A stretch of 64,000 nt of DNA from Clostridia bacterium. Its GTDB lineage: Bacteria > Bacillota > Clostridia > JAAYHZ01. Location of the stretch: NCBI GenBank assembly GCA_050950825.1, contig JBMNIH010000008.1:64001-128000 (forward strand), read 5' to 3'. This document shows positions 1-10,215 of this stretch, one piece after another. Numbering within the stretch: position 1 is the stretch's first letter; each line of letters starts with the position of its first letter. Both the position numbers and the translations under genes were made by a program. A model generated the notes under the pieces. That model saw only the letters and a program-made list of their open reading frames with translations, had not been told where the DNA came from and searched no databases.

Positions 1-17
1 CAACTTTGATCATACCT

Positions 18-1865
18 TTAACCCTCCTGTTTCTTTTCCTTTAATATGCAGGTATAACGAGCGTTAAATGTCGTTTTTTCTTTCATTCTTCTTACGCATA
101 ATCCGTAGCGGGTATGTTCTTTGTCCGTTACGTAACTGTTGACAATAAACACCTCGGTGCCTTCTTCGCCTTCCATAGCCACAAGGATTCTTTTGTCTTC
201 CGTTTCAAATTCCACTTGCCAATCCTTATCGGTCTTAAAGGATCGTATGTCAAAAAGGTATTGGTACCCGTCCTTCTCCCCGAGTTTTTCCACGGGCTCG
301 GTTTCGTAAGGGCATTTGATTTCTCCCTCGCAGTAAAAGAACCAATCCATGAGATATTCTCCCCAAGCTTTCACTTCAAAGGAATCCTCGATTGCATCTT
401 CTTGTACCTTGAAGGACCGGGTATAATCGGCGGCGGCATAAACCGCCTTTGCCTTTACTTTGATATAAGGTACGGACGGATCGTATTCCAAAACGTCTCC
501 TTCCGGCAATCTTTGCTGGTTCTCCTTGTTAATAATAACCGTATTGTGAGCAACGGATTTTCGCTGCCATTCCGCAAACAACTCCGATGCATAGCCCCCG
601 TTTCCGATGTCATAGGATACCGTATCGCCGTGGAAAGTAATCTCCATGTTCATGACCGCAGGATGGCGGTGAAGTCCGGTCAAGGCACCGTAAGTCAAAA
701 AGACTTCCGTAGACCCGTTCCTTAACATGGCTGTATAGGATTCGGGGCAATTGATCGTTTGGAATAAGGTTCTTTTCGTAGGCTTCGGCCATCGGTTGAA
801 CAAAAGCCTAGGAAAACCGCCTTCGGAAGATGCATCTTCATAAAAGGTTCCGCATATTTCTCGGAACAAGGGGTTTTCGAAAATAGCCGTTGCGTATTCG
901 TAATGAAGCTTGTAATCTTGAATGCGGATAACCGGGTGTGCGTCGTTGGGATTCGGAAGCCTTCCGCCGCTAAATACCATTTTCAAAGGATACTCCAACA
1001 TCTTTTCCGTCTTCGAGAAAAGAAAATCCTTTTCTTCAAAATCATATTGCCTTTGCTTTATCATATAGAGCAGGTAGCACAAAGGCTGCAAGGCATAGAA
1101 ATGGTAGTGCATGGAGGCTTCATACCACAACCCCTCCTTCGTTACCCCTCTTTTCAGCTGGTCCAATACGCCGAATCGCGAATACAGCCCTTTACGAATC
1201 TGTTCCTCCTCTTGGAAAAAGAGACCGATCATGGTTTGGGCGCATTTGATCCACAAAGGGATGTTGTAAATGCGGTTGGCGAAAAAGTCGAACAATTCCG
1301 CTTCGTGGAAGAAAATATCCTTGTAATAACGGTCTTTCTCCTCCTTCGAAAAGGAATCGTAAATCATATCCAATCCCAAAAGGATGGTCATGACACTGAC
1401 CGCATCGTCCAAATGCTGATTTAAAAGCTTCCCTTCAAAGATTTTTGCCGGAGGCTCGCTCTTAAAATCGGCATAATTGTCCGCATAAAAATTCAATACC
1501 TTCTTCACATACCCTAAATATTTTCCGTCTTCCGTCAGCCGATACAAAACGGCTGCGTTGTACACCGTTTGGTTGGCTTTGATTCGGTACAAATTGTTCC
1601 ATATCTTTGTCAATGCTTCCCCACGGTTTACCGTACCGCATACGGAGCAAACATGCTCCGTATCGTTTTTCCAATCAAAAACAAGCCGACCTTGGCATTT
1701 TTCACAGTTGTAGCCGTGAAACCAGCCGGTTATTCGGTCCGCTCGATCTTTATAGGATTGAATAAATTCGTCGGTTTCTTTCTTGGTTTCGTCAAACAAA
1801 GCCTTTGCCCAAGCTTCATTATCAATCCTCTCGCGGACCCGGTCCCACCGGATAAATGAATTCAT
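18..1865 (-). CDS. Heparinase II/III-like or oligo-alginate lyase family polysaccharide lyase
   Basis: 615 aa ORF; helical N-terminal region with the lyase-type motifs EGLWYEASMHYHFY and LPNPND, then HRHP and AHNT in a heparinase II/III-like C-terminal domain; no signal peptide. Confidence 0.7.
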   Translation of the reverse strand: MNSFIRWDRVRERIDNEAWAKALFDETKKETDEFIQSYKDRADRITGWFHGYNCEKCQGRLVFDWKNDTEHVCSVCGTVNRGEALTKIWNNLYRIKANQTVYNAAVLYRLTEDGKYLGYVKKVLNFYADNYADFKSEPPAKIFEGKLLNQHLDDAVSVMTILLGLDMIYDSFSKEEKDRYYKDIFFHEAELFDFFANRIYNIPLWIKCAQTMIGLFFQEEEQIRKGLYSRFGVLDQLKRGVTKEGLWYEASMHYHFYALQPLCYLLYMIKQRQYDFEEKDFLFSKTEKMLEYPLKMVFSGGRLPNPNDAHPVIRIQDYKLHYEYATAIFENPLFREICGTFYEDASSEGGFPRLLFNRWPKPTKRTLFQTINCPESYTAMLRNGSTEVFLTYGALTGLHRHPAVMNMEITFHGDTVSYDIGNGGYASELFAEWQRKSVAHNTVIINKENQQRLPEGDVLEYDPSVPYIKVKAKAVYAAADYTRSFKVQEDAIEDSFEVKAWGEYLMDWFFYCEGEIKCPYETEPVEKLGEKDGYQYLFDIRSFKTDKDWQVEFETEDKRILVAMEGEEGTEVFIVNSYVTDKEHTRYGLCVRRMKEKTTFNARYTCILKEKKQEG

Positions 1866-1977
1866 ATTCGATCTCCACAGTTGTAATAGATTTATCTGAA
1901 CTTATTGTACCGGGTTTCCACAAAGGGGACAAGAAATGATAAAATAGAAGAAAAATAAAAAAAGGAAGGTTATCGCT

Positions 1978-2793
1978 ATGAATATCATCATGGTTACCGA
2001 TATGGAAGGTGTTGCCGGAATCGTGGATTTTCCCAATTGGTGTACCCCCGGCGGAATGTATTATGATAAAGGGAAACGGCTGTTAACGGAAGAAGTCAAT
2101 GCGGCCGTACGGGGATTTATGGACGCGGGAGCCCAAAACATCTATGTTTTGGACGGACACGGTCCCGGAGGAATCGATATCGAGGTTTTGGATCCGAGAG
2201 CCTATTACATACGGGGAAGCGTTTATTATTCCTTGCAGTTCATGCAAAAGGATTGGAAAATCGACGTTTTTTGCCACGTAGGCCAGCATGCCAAGTCTCG
2301 AACCGAATATTCGCACCTGGCTCATACCCAAGGAACCTCGTATTTCGAAGAAACCGTTAACGGAGTTCCCATCGGCGAATTCGGAGAATTTGCTTTTTAT
2401 TGCGCCAAGCTGGGTATCCCCCCTATTTTCGGCTCCGGCGAGGAAGCCTTTTGCAAAGAAGCGCTGGAACTGGCTCCCCATATGGAAACCGTCGCCGTGA
2501 AAAAAGGACTGACACCTGGACGCGGAGACGAATGCACCGCATCGGAATATGCCGCCCGCAACGTGACCGCCCTTCATGTGCAGCCTCAAAAGGCTCGGGA
2601 AATGATTTACGAAGGAGCCAAAAAAGCGGCTACCCGCTACTTGGAAGATCCTACGCAATTTACGCTTCCTTTTTCCGATTTGAAACCGCCCTTTGTTAAA
2701 ACGGTGAAATACCGAAAGGATCAGCAAAGAGAAGATTTGATCAAAGTGGCAAATAGCGTAGAAGAAATCTATACCAAACGATTCATCTATTAA
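1978..2793 (+). CDS. M55 family D-aminopeptidase (DppA-like)
   Basis: N-terminal TDMEG, EVNAA..G, DGHG and AHT metal-binding motifs; RBS AAGGAAGG. Confidence 0.85.
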   Translation: MNIIMVTDMEGVAGIVDFPNWCTPGGMYYDKGKRLLTEEVNAAVRGFMDAGAQNIYVLDGHGPGGIDIEVLDPRAYYIRGSVYYSLQFMQKDWKIDVFCHVGQHAKSRTEYSHLAHTQGTSYFEETVNGVPIGEFGEFAFYCAKLGIPPIFGSGEEAFCKEALELAPHMETVAVKKGLTPGRGDECTASEYAARNVTALHVQPQKAREMIYEGAKKAATRYLEDPTQFTLPFSDLKPPFVKTVKYRKDQQREDLIKVANSVEEIYTKRFIY

Positions 2794-2803
2794 AGTTAAG
2801 GTA

Positions 2804-3766
2804 TTACGGAAGGGGCTTTTGATAGAAACATCCCTGATAAAGCCCCTTTTGATTCATGTATTCGATTATTCTGTCGTGAACCTTCCACCAGCCGGTGGAA
2901 TCGTTGCAATACAAGGTTCTCTCCTTCGGCGCGCGGCTAATGAGTCGCTGGACTACGATGTTAGGGTCCAACCGGGACAAAAAGACCGCCGTTCGATGAA
3001 TAAAATCCTCCAAAGGCAGCACTTGAAAGCGCCCTTGTTTATACATATCTCCTAAAACGGTCCCCTCCAAGATATATAAAGAGTGGCATTTAACTTGGTC
3101 TATGCCGGCTTCGGATAGTCTTTCGGCACAATAGGCTACATCCTCAACGGTATCCATGGGCAGATCTTGGATCACATGAGCACAGACCTCCAAGCCGTAG
3201 GATTTTACGACTTTGACGGCATCAAAAAAATCTTCGACGGTATGGCCGCGATTCAAAAATTGCAATGTTTCGTTTTTAATGCTTTGAAGGCCGATCTCCA
3301 ACACGATATCGATTCCGTTTTTTTCTTTCATTTCCTTTAAGAATTCCATATGCTTCGGATATATGCAATCCGGACGGGTGGAAATGTACAGGGCGACCGT
3401 ATTCGGAACAACGGCTTGTCTCATGTAGTCGCAAAAAACGGAATAAGGAAAATAGGTATTGGAATAGTTTTGAAAGTAGATAATATACTTTTTTGCGTTA
3501 TACTTTTTTCCGATGTATTCTTTATTCTTTTCGATCTGTTCTTTTACGGACAAAGAAGAGGGCAAAAGCTCAAAGTCCGCCCCTTCTTCTCCGCAAAAAA
3601 TGCAGCCTCCGGTTCCCGCCGTACCGTCTCGGTTCGGGCAGCCGGAAGGCAAATTGACAGGTAATTTGTAGGTTTTCTCTCCGTATTTTCGTTTCAGATA
3701 GGAAGAAAAACTGTTATACGGAAGCGATTTTTCTTGTGTCAACGCGATTCTCCTCGATTTAAGCAT
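2804..3766 (-). CDS. TIGR01212 family radical SAM protein (YhcC/YtqA-like)
   Basis: CPNRDG...GGCIFC, YFQNYSNTY, STRPDC, LNRGH. Confidence 0.9.
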   Translation of the reverse strand: MLKSRRIALTQEKSLPYNSFSSYLKRKYGEKTYKLPVNLPSGCPNRDGTAGTGGCIFCGEEGADFELLPSSLSVKEQIEKNKEYIGKKYNAKKYIIYFQNYSNTYFPYSVFCDYMRQAVVPNTVALYISTRPDCIYPKHMEFLKEMKEKNGIDIVLEIGLQSIKNETLQFLNRGHTVEDFFDAVKVVKSYGLEVCAHVIQDLPMDTVEDVAYCAERLSEAGIDQVKCHSLYILEGTVLGDMYKQGRFQVLPLEDFIHRTAVFLSRLDPNIVVQRLISRAPKERTLYCNDSTGWWKVHDRIIEYMNQKGLYQGCFYQKPLP

Positions 3767-4872
3767 TCAATTGTGCATTTTCAAACAAATAGGAGTTGAT
3801 GAATCCGTCCAGCTCTCCGTCCATCACCGCTTCCACGTCCCCCATTTCATATCCGGTTCGGTGGTCCTTTACCAAGGTGTAAGGACAGAAGACATAGGAT
3901 CGTATCTGGCTTCCCCAAGTGATTTCCAACTGTTCGCCTTTTAAGTCTTCTATCCGTTCTTTGTTCTCTTGCTTTTTCAATGCAATCAATTTGGACATCA
4001 GCATTTTCATGGCGGTATCCTTATTCTGGTGCTGGGAACGCTCCGATTGGCAAGCCACCACGATACCCGTAGGCAAGTGGGTAATTCGTACGGCGGAGGA
4101 GGTTTTATTGACGTGCTGTCCTCCCGCTCCGCTTGAGCGGTAGGTGTCTACCCTTAAATCTTCCGGACGAATATCGATGTGGACGTCTTCCGTAATCTCC
4201 GGCATGACGTCCAAGGAAGCAAAAGAGGTATGCCTTCTGCCGGATGCATCGAAGGGCGAAATGCGGACCAAACGATGGACGCCCTTTTCCGCTTTTAAAT
4301 ACCCGTAAGCGTACTCGCCTTCCACGAAAAAGGTCACTTTCTTGATACCCGCCACTTCTCCGGGAAGCAAATCCACGATTTTAACGTTGTATCCCTTTGC
4401 TTCGCACCATCTTGTGTACATACGAAGGAGCATTTCGCACCAATCCATGGCTTCCGTTCCTCCCGATCCGGCATGGAGAGTCAAAATGGCGTTGTTGGTG
4501 TCGTATTCGCCGTTTAACAGGATTTCCAGCTTAAAAGATTCCACGGTTTTACGCAGGCGCTCGATGCCTTCTTTAATTTCTCCGATAATCGTTGCGTCAT
4601 TTTCTTCTTCGCCTAAGGCGTTTAAAACCTCCAGGTCTTCCGCTTGGCTTTTTAATTTCTCGTACCGGTCCAATTTCGACTGCAGCTTCTTTATACTCTG
4701 CATAATCTCCTTGGATCTTTCGAAGTCATCGTAAAACGTAGGCTCCGTGGTCCGATGATTCAGCTCCTCCAGCTCTTTTGTTATTGCCGGCAAGTCAAAG
4801 TGAATCACCGATTTCTTCAATCTGTTGAGCCAGCTCTTCTATTTCCAACTTGAATTGTTCAAATTCTAACAA
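3759..4872 (-). CDS. prfB: Peptide chain release factor 2, expressed via programmed +1 frameshift
   Basis: SPF and GGQ motifs; a 25-codon upstream frame from TTG at 4872 (MLEFEQFKLEIEELAQQIEEIGDSL) ends in CTT TGA C at 4800-4794 and the +1 frame continues DLPAITKE. Confidence 0.95.
4794..4810 (-). promoter_or_regulatory. RF2 programmed +1 frameshift site with internal SD-like GGTGA
   Basis: Minus strand reads CGGTGATTCA CTT TGA C, the canonical prfB slippery/stop motif. Confidence 0.92.
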
Positions 4873-4922
4873 CTGTTCTTCATCCCTTTCATTTATAGAT
4901 TTTTAAAGTTCCGTATCTTTCG

Positions 4923-6080
4923 CTACTTTATGTTCCGTCTTCTTAAGAATCTGTCGATTCGGTCCAACGCTTCCAAAATGTTATCAATGGAGCTTGCGTA
5001 GGTCGCTCGAGCATACCCTTCCCCGCTTTTTCCGAACGCGTTTCCGGGTACCATCAATACGTGTTCTTCTTTTAGCAAGCTTTCGCAAAACTCATCGGAG
5101 GTCATCCCCGTACGCTTGATGCTCGGGAATGCATAAAAAGCCCCTTCCGGTTCAAAGCAATCCAGTCCGATTTCGTTAAACCCGTTCACAATAATTCTTC
5201 TTCTTTGGTTGTATTTTTCCACCATGTACCTTACATCATCCGCACCGTTTCGTAAAGCATCCATAGCGGCATATTGTGCGATGGAAGGAGCGCACATGAT
5301 GGCATACTGGTGTATTTTGTTCATGGCATGAATCAGCTCCTTGCAGCCGCATGCATAACCTAAACGCCACCCGGTCATGGCAAAGGCTTTGGAAAAGCCG
5401 TTGATGACAAGGGTTTTTTCCTTGAGGCAGTCAAAGGAGGCAATGGAAACGTGGCCTCCGTTGTATGTCAGCTCCGAATAGATTTCGTCGGAGATGATAA
5501 CCAAGTCCTTATCCTTCAAAAAATCGGCTATTTCCGCCATGTCTTCCTTTTTCATTATGCTTCCCGTAGGATTGTTGGGAAAAGGGAATATGATAACGCG
5601 GGTTCTTTCGGTAATCGCCTTTTCCAACGCTTCCTTAGTCAGCTTAAACCGGTTGTTCTTATCCAAATCCACCGTAACCACGGTCGCCCCCGTGAAGGTA
5701 GCGCACCCTTTGTAGGCTACGAAGGATGGCTCCGGAATAATGACCTCATCCCCGGGTCCTAACAAACAGCGCAGCGCCAAATCGATGGCCTCGCTGGCTC
5801 CTACGGTCACCAAAATTTCATCTTTAGGACAATAGGAAAGACCGTACCGGTTCTTCATGTATTTCGCGATTTCTTCTCTTAATGAGATAAACCCCATGTT
5901 GGAGGAGTAATGGGTATGGCCGCGGTCCATAGCCGTATGGGCTGCCTGCATGATGCTAAAGGGTGTAACAAAGTCCGGTTCTCCGATACCTAAGGAGATT
6001 ACATCCTCCATCTCGTTTAACAGATCGAAGTATTTACGGATACCGGATGCCGGAACGGATGCGATGTTGCTTTTGATCAT
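4923..6080 (-). CDS. PLP-dependent class I/II aminotransferase
   Basis: SLGIGEPDF, PNNPTG, SDEIY, GFSKAFAMTGWRLGY (PLP lysine). Confidence 0.92.
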   Translation of the reverse strand: MIKSNIASVPASGIRKYFDLLNEMEDVISLGIGEPDFVTPFSIMQAAHTAMDRGHTHYSSNMGFISLREEIAKYMKNRYGLSYCPKDEILVTVGASEAIDLALRCLLGPGDEVIIPEPSFVAYKGCATFTGATVVTVDLDKNNRFKLTKEALEKAITERTRVIIFPFPNNPTGSIMKKEDMAEIADFLKDKDLVIISDEIYSELTYNGGHVSIASFDCLKEKTLVINGFSKAFAMTGWRLGYACGCKELIHAMNKIHQYAIMCAPSIAQYAAMDALRNGADDVRYMVEKYNQRRRIIVNGFNEIGLDCFEPEGAFYAFPSIKRTGMTSDEFCESLLKEEHVLMVPGNAFGKSGEGYARATYASSIDNILEALDRIDRFLRRRNIK

Positions 6081-6559
6081 AGAACGATAGCCTCCCTGTC
6101 ATCCTTAACGGCGTTCATGAAATGGACGCCTCCGTCCTTGTATTTTTTCAAAACAAAGTGGGTGGCCGTACTCAGCACTCCGTCGATAACCGCCAGCTTT
6201 TCCGCGACAAACAAGGCGATTTCTTTAAAGTCCTTTCCTTCGACCATCACCGCCAAATCGAATCCCCCGGACATCAAATAGCATCCCGTGACTTGCTTTA
6301 GGGAAGATATTTTATCGGCCACATCATCAAATCCTCGATCCTTTTGCGGATGCACTCGAACTTCAATCAAAGCGGTAACCAGCTGCCTTTCGGTTTTTTC
6401 CCAATTAATCACCGTATTGAAGCCTAAGATTACCCCTTCTTTTTTCATTCGAATGATTTCATTTCGTACGATTTCTTCATCCTCATCCAAAAGGACCGCC
6501 AATTGCTTTATTGTCAGGTTTCCGTTTTTTTCAAGTATCTTTAATATTCTTTCCTGCAT
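6077..6559 (-). CDS. Lrp/AsnC family transcriptional regulator
   Basis: N-terminal HTH and RAM domain with YLMSGGFDL; overlaps the aminotransferase start by 4 nt. Confidence 0.9.
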   Translation of the reverse strand: MQERILKILEKNGNLTIKQLAVLLDEDEEIVRNEIIRMKKEGVILGFNTVINWEKTERQLVTALIEVRVHPQKDRGFDDVADKISSLKQVTGCYLMSGGFDLAVMVEGKDFKEIALFVAEKLAVIDGVLSTATHFVLKKYKDGGVHFMNAVKDDREAIVL

Positions 6560-6675
6560 GAAAGGTTTCTCCTCTTACAAAAAAATACGGCACCTTGTAT
6601 TTACAGGGTGCATATTTTCAACGCCAAAACATTCCGAAGAAATGATTTTGTTCTTTTTTATACGATCCCTATAAT

Positions 6676-7107
6676 TTAAGCATCCTTCATTTTCTCTTCG
6701 ATTGCCGAAATGGAGACTTCGAAATGCTGCAGCATGGATACCACTTCCTCTCGTAAGGTTTTCACGATGGATCGCATATCCACTATGCGTTCTCTTTCTT
6801 TTTCCAGCATTTCTTCCAAGGCTCTTTTTTCTTCTTCCGCCTGCGCATGTACGTTTCGTATCACTTCTTCCGCCTTTTCTTCGGCTTTCAACAAAGCATT
6901 GGCGATTTTTTGCCGTTCCACATCCAGATTTCCGGCTTCCGCTTTCAACCAATCGTATGCTTTTTGATTTTCCGTCAGCGCCGACTTCAAAGCGGCAATT
7001 TCTTTATCCTTCTTGGCCAATTCATCCTTCATTTTTTTTACGTATTCGTCCACTTGGTTCTTTTGATACCCGTATAAAGCATTGCCGAATAATTTATCCT
7101 GCGCCAT
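6676..7107 (-). CDS. DivIVA-domain coiled-coil protein
   Basis: F..ALYGY....VD DivIVA signature followed by coiled coil; ATG at 7107 with RBS GAGGTGGAG. Confidence 0.75.
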   Translation of the reverse strand: MAQDKLFGNALYGYQKNQVDEYVKKMKDELAKKDKEIAALKSALTENQKAYDWLKAEAGNLDVERQKIANALLKAEEKAEEVIRNVHAQAEEEKRALEEMLEKERERIVDMRSIVKTLREEVVSMLQHFEVSISAIEEKMKDA

Positions 7108-7224
7108 AATCTCCACCTCACATCGATTTTAAGACCCAAATCCATACTATCCTGTCATTTTTAACATTATAGCATAATGCTTTTAAGCATGCAACGAAGG
7201 CCCCATGCGAAACAGTCGATAACT

Positions 7225-7249
7225 AAAAAACGCCGTTGAGGCGTTTTTT
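7225..7249. terminator. Intrinsic terminator downstream of secG
   Basis: AAAAAACGCC GTTGA GGCGTTTTTT hairpin with T tracts on both strands. Confidence 0.75.
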
Positions 7250-7294
7250 CATCAATTGTCTTTCGTCTTTCAAAAAAGGACTTTTTAGGTTCAT

Positions 7295-7537
7295 CTACTT
7301 TAACAAAAGGTAAAGAATAATGGATGTCACCAAAAAAGCGATGGCTACGAATTTTGTGTATTTTTCCAGCATGGCATCGATGGTACGTCCTTTGTTCTTC
7401 CCGAAAAAGGTTTCGGCGCCACCGGAAATGGTACCGCTCAGGCCTGCGGATTTACCCGATTGCAAAAGCACAATGGCAATCAAGGAGATACAAAATATTA
7501 AATGTACTATCGTTATCAAAATTTCTACAGCTCTCAA
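7295..7537 (-). CDS. secG: Preprotein translocase subunit SecG
   Basis: VLLQSGKSAGLSGTISGGAETFFGK between two TM helices. Confidence 0.95.
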   Translation of the reverse strand: MRAVEILITIVHLIFCISLIAIVLLQSGKSAGLSGTISGGAETFFGKNKGRTIDAMLEKYTKFVAIAFLVTSIILYLLLK

Positions 7538-7669
7538 TTCAACACCACCTAATCATAGTTCGGTAATAACCGCATCGTCAATTTTAACACATGGATAGGA
7601 GGAATACAATAGGGAAAGCAAATTTCTTTCATTTCCTCCCTCGCCATTCCTCCTTCCTTCGCCCTATAC

Positions 7670-8740
7670 TCAACGATATACGGGAACATCCTTCCATACA
7701 TTGCCTTCCATGGCGGCTTCGTGTGCAATGATGCCGGGAACGGTCATCTCGAGACCGCGAACCACGTCAATGGCAGGCGTTTTGTCGAATTCGATGGCAT
7801 CCAAAAAGTCTTCCACCAAATAGAATTCGGAAGAGCCGTGTCCTCCCACCAAGGTTTCTTTCGGGGCGTCAAAGTCTCTCGGACTGCATACGATTTTAAC
7901 GCCTTTCGGGTCTTCCCCTTCGAAATACCGCATTCCGATATTTTCGTAATCTTCACGGCCGCTTTCTAAAAATCCGTATTTGCCGTAAATGCCGTATGTA
8001 CATAACGGCGGTCTTCTTGTGGCGACGGAGCTTCTTAATACTTTTATGGTAGCGCCTTTGGCCGTTTCAAACAAAGCAACCTGTATGTCGATGGCACCCG
8101 GACCCACATCACGAATGATGGTCTTGTTTTTTCCCGAGCATGTGGCCTTGACGATATAGTCGTCCATCAAATACAACAGCGGCCCTAAGCTGTGGGAACA
8201 ATAGTGGATCGGAGGACGCTGCGCTCTCCAGTTGGGGCTGTCCGTTGCGGGGTCGATAACCAGGTGCCGGATTTCATGAACATAGTCCGCTTCCGCATAG
8301 TAAATGGGACCTAATTTCCCGGCATCCACCCACTTTTTCCACTGACGGCAAAAATGCATGTAGATACAGTTTTCCGCTAACATGTATTTGTATTTGGAGC
8401 GGCTCGCCGCTTTAAAAATGGCTTCACAGCCTTCAATGGTATCGGAAGCCGTAACTTCGCTTAAAACGTGCTTCCCGTTTTCCAATGCGGCTACGGTCTG
8501 TTCCGCATGAAAAGGAATGGGGGTACCTAACACCACAATATCAATATCCGCATTTACGAAATCGTAGTAATCCGTAAACAACCGGTTATCATTCAAATGA
8601 TATTGCTTGGCGATCTCAACCAAGGGCTCGTGCTTCAAATCGCAAACCGCGGCAATCTCGGTTCTCGGATTGTTTGCAAATACACTCAAGTAGGAGGACC
8701 CCCTGCGTACTCCTACCAGCCCTACTTTATACTTTTTCAT
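7670..8740 (-). CDS. Gfo/Idh/MocA family oxidoreductase
   Basis: N-terminal Rossmann fold; TPIPFH..., GKHVLSEV, AENC motifs. Confidence 0.85.
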   Translation of the reverse strand: MKKYKVGLVGVRRGSSYLSVFANNPRTEIAAVCDLKHEPLVEIAKQYHLNDNRLFTDYYDFVNADIDIVVLGTPIPFHAEQTVAALENGKHVLSEVTASDTIEGCEAIFKAASRSKYKYMLAENCIYMHFCRQWKKWVDAGKLGPIYYAEADYVHEIRHLVIDPATDSPNWRAQRPPIHYCSHSLGPLLYLMDDYIVKATCSGKNKTIIRDVGPGAIDIQVALFETAKGATIKVLRSSVATRRPPLCTYGIYGKYGFLESGREDYENIGMRYFEGEDPKGVKIVCSPRDFDAPKETLVGGHGSSEFYLVEDFLDAIEFDKTPAIDVVRGLEMTVPGIIAHEAAMEGNVWKDVPVYR

Positions 8741-8859
8741 ATGACGTACTCCTTTCGATCCGTAACGTTTCTATGGTTCTTAATTTTTCAAAATATGCTC
8801 TGTCATTTTATCCAAATGTTAATCTCTTTGCAATGATTTTCTTTTCGGATGCTTCATAT

Positions 8860-10215
8860 TTATTCACCGGCGACGGATAATTTCTCAATTAACAAGGAAG
8901 GAGCGCCTTTGTATCCGCCTCCGTCCGGCATACCGAATTTAAAATCGTTTCCGACGGCTGCCACGTCCTTTAACAAGGTCAAGTAATTGCCGGATACGGT
9001 GATTTGCTCAACGGGACGTTCTTTTTTACCGTTCTTGATATAGAAGCCTCGAGCGGACAGCGAAAAGTCTCCGGATACGGTGTTCAATCCGGCATGGAGA
9101 CCTTCGATTTCCGTAATCATAATTCCGGTTCCCATACGATTGAGCATTTCGGCTACATCCGTATCGCCGTTTTCGATATAGAAATTGGTCGGCGCAATGG
9201 AGATGGATGAAGAATAGGAGGCGCGGTACGCATTTCCCGTAGTCTCCGTTCCGTCCGTCAATGCCGTTTTCAAATTGTGGAAATAGGTAGTCAAAACGCC
9301 TTTATCCACGATTTTTTTGTACCGGCAAGCCACCCCTTCGTCATCGAAGGCTCGATACCCCGCCGCCATGTCTATAAAGGGATCGTCTATGAAAGAAATC
9401 TTTTCCGAAGCGATGGCCTCTCCCAGTTTCCCTTTGAGAAGAGAAAGACCCTTTTGCACCAATTCGGCATTGAAAATATCGGAGCAAGCGCTGAAAAGAT
9501 CAATCACCGCTTCTCTGTCCATCAAAACGGGATAGGATCCGGATTTTACGCTTTTCCCGCCCAACAAGGAAATGGCGTTTTCGCAGGCTTCTCTTGCAAT
9601 TTCCTCGGCGTTAAAGGTATAAAAGTCCCCGGAGCAGCGGTACGCGGTTCCGGATTTTTTATCGTTTCCGTCGGAGGCCACCACATTGACAATACAGTAA
9701 GCCATATTGTTCTTCGAGAACAATTCCAAGCCTTTTGTGTTCTTAATGAGGGTTTCCCCGGAGCTGTCCCCGTAATAGCAGTAGGGAACCGATTCGATGC
9801 GTTTATCGAAGGCATACGCCTTGGCTTCCATTTCCTTTGCAAACTCGATTTTTTCTTTTTCCGTGACCCGGTCCAGCTTTTCGGAATAGGTATCCTTTAG
9901 CTTGTATTCGGGGGATCCTTCGAAAATCACTTCCTTGTCTTCGTTGGTCAAAACTTCGGCGTTTTCCTTTGCATTGCGAGCCAACATCTCAACGGAGGAT
10001 TCGTCTAACTTGCTTGTATGGGCATATCCCATCTGTCCGTTGTACTCCCCTCGCAAGGATAAGCCCTCGGAAGAGGAAACGCTGTAATTGTCAATTTCCC
10101 CTTTATGGATACGTACACGGAAGCTGCTGCCCTTTCCCAAGTAGATCTCCATATCCTTCAAACCGTATTCTCTTCCCTTATCAAAGATCTTTTCCATCAA
10201 ATCCTTTTTAGCCAT
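8860..10215 (-). CDS. pmbA: TldE/PmbA family protein
   Basis: FDDEG, TGNA, SGDFS motifs; lacks the HExxxH motif; overlaps tldD. Confidence 0.85.
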   Translation of the reverse strand: MAKKDLMEKIFDKGREYGLKDMEIYLGKGSSFRVRIHKGEIDNYSVSSSEGLSLRGEYNGQMGYAHTSKLDESSVEMLARNAKENAEVLTNEDKEVIFEGSPEYKLKDTYSEKLDRVTEKEKIEFAKEMEAKAYAFDKRIESVPYCYYGDSSGETLIKNTKGLELFSKNNMAYCIVNVVASDGNDKKSGTAYRCSGDFYTFNAEEIAREACENAISLLGGKSVKSGSYPVLMDREAVIDLFSACSDIFNAELVQKGLSLLKGKLGEAIASEKISFIDDPFIDMAAGYRAFDDEGVACRYKKIVDKGVLTTYFHNLKTALTDGTETTGNAYRASYSSSISIAPTNFYIENGDTDVAEMLNRMGTGIMITEIEGLHAGLNTVSGDFSLSARGFYIKNGKKERPVEQITVSGNYLTLLKDVAAVGNDFKFGMPDGGGYKGAPSLLIEKLSVAGE

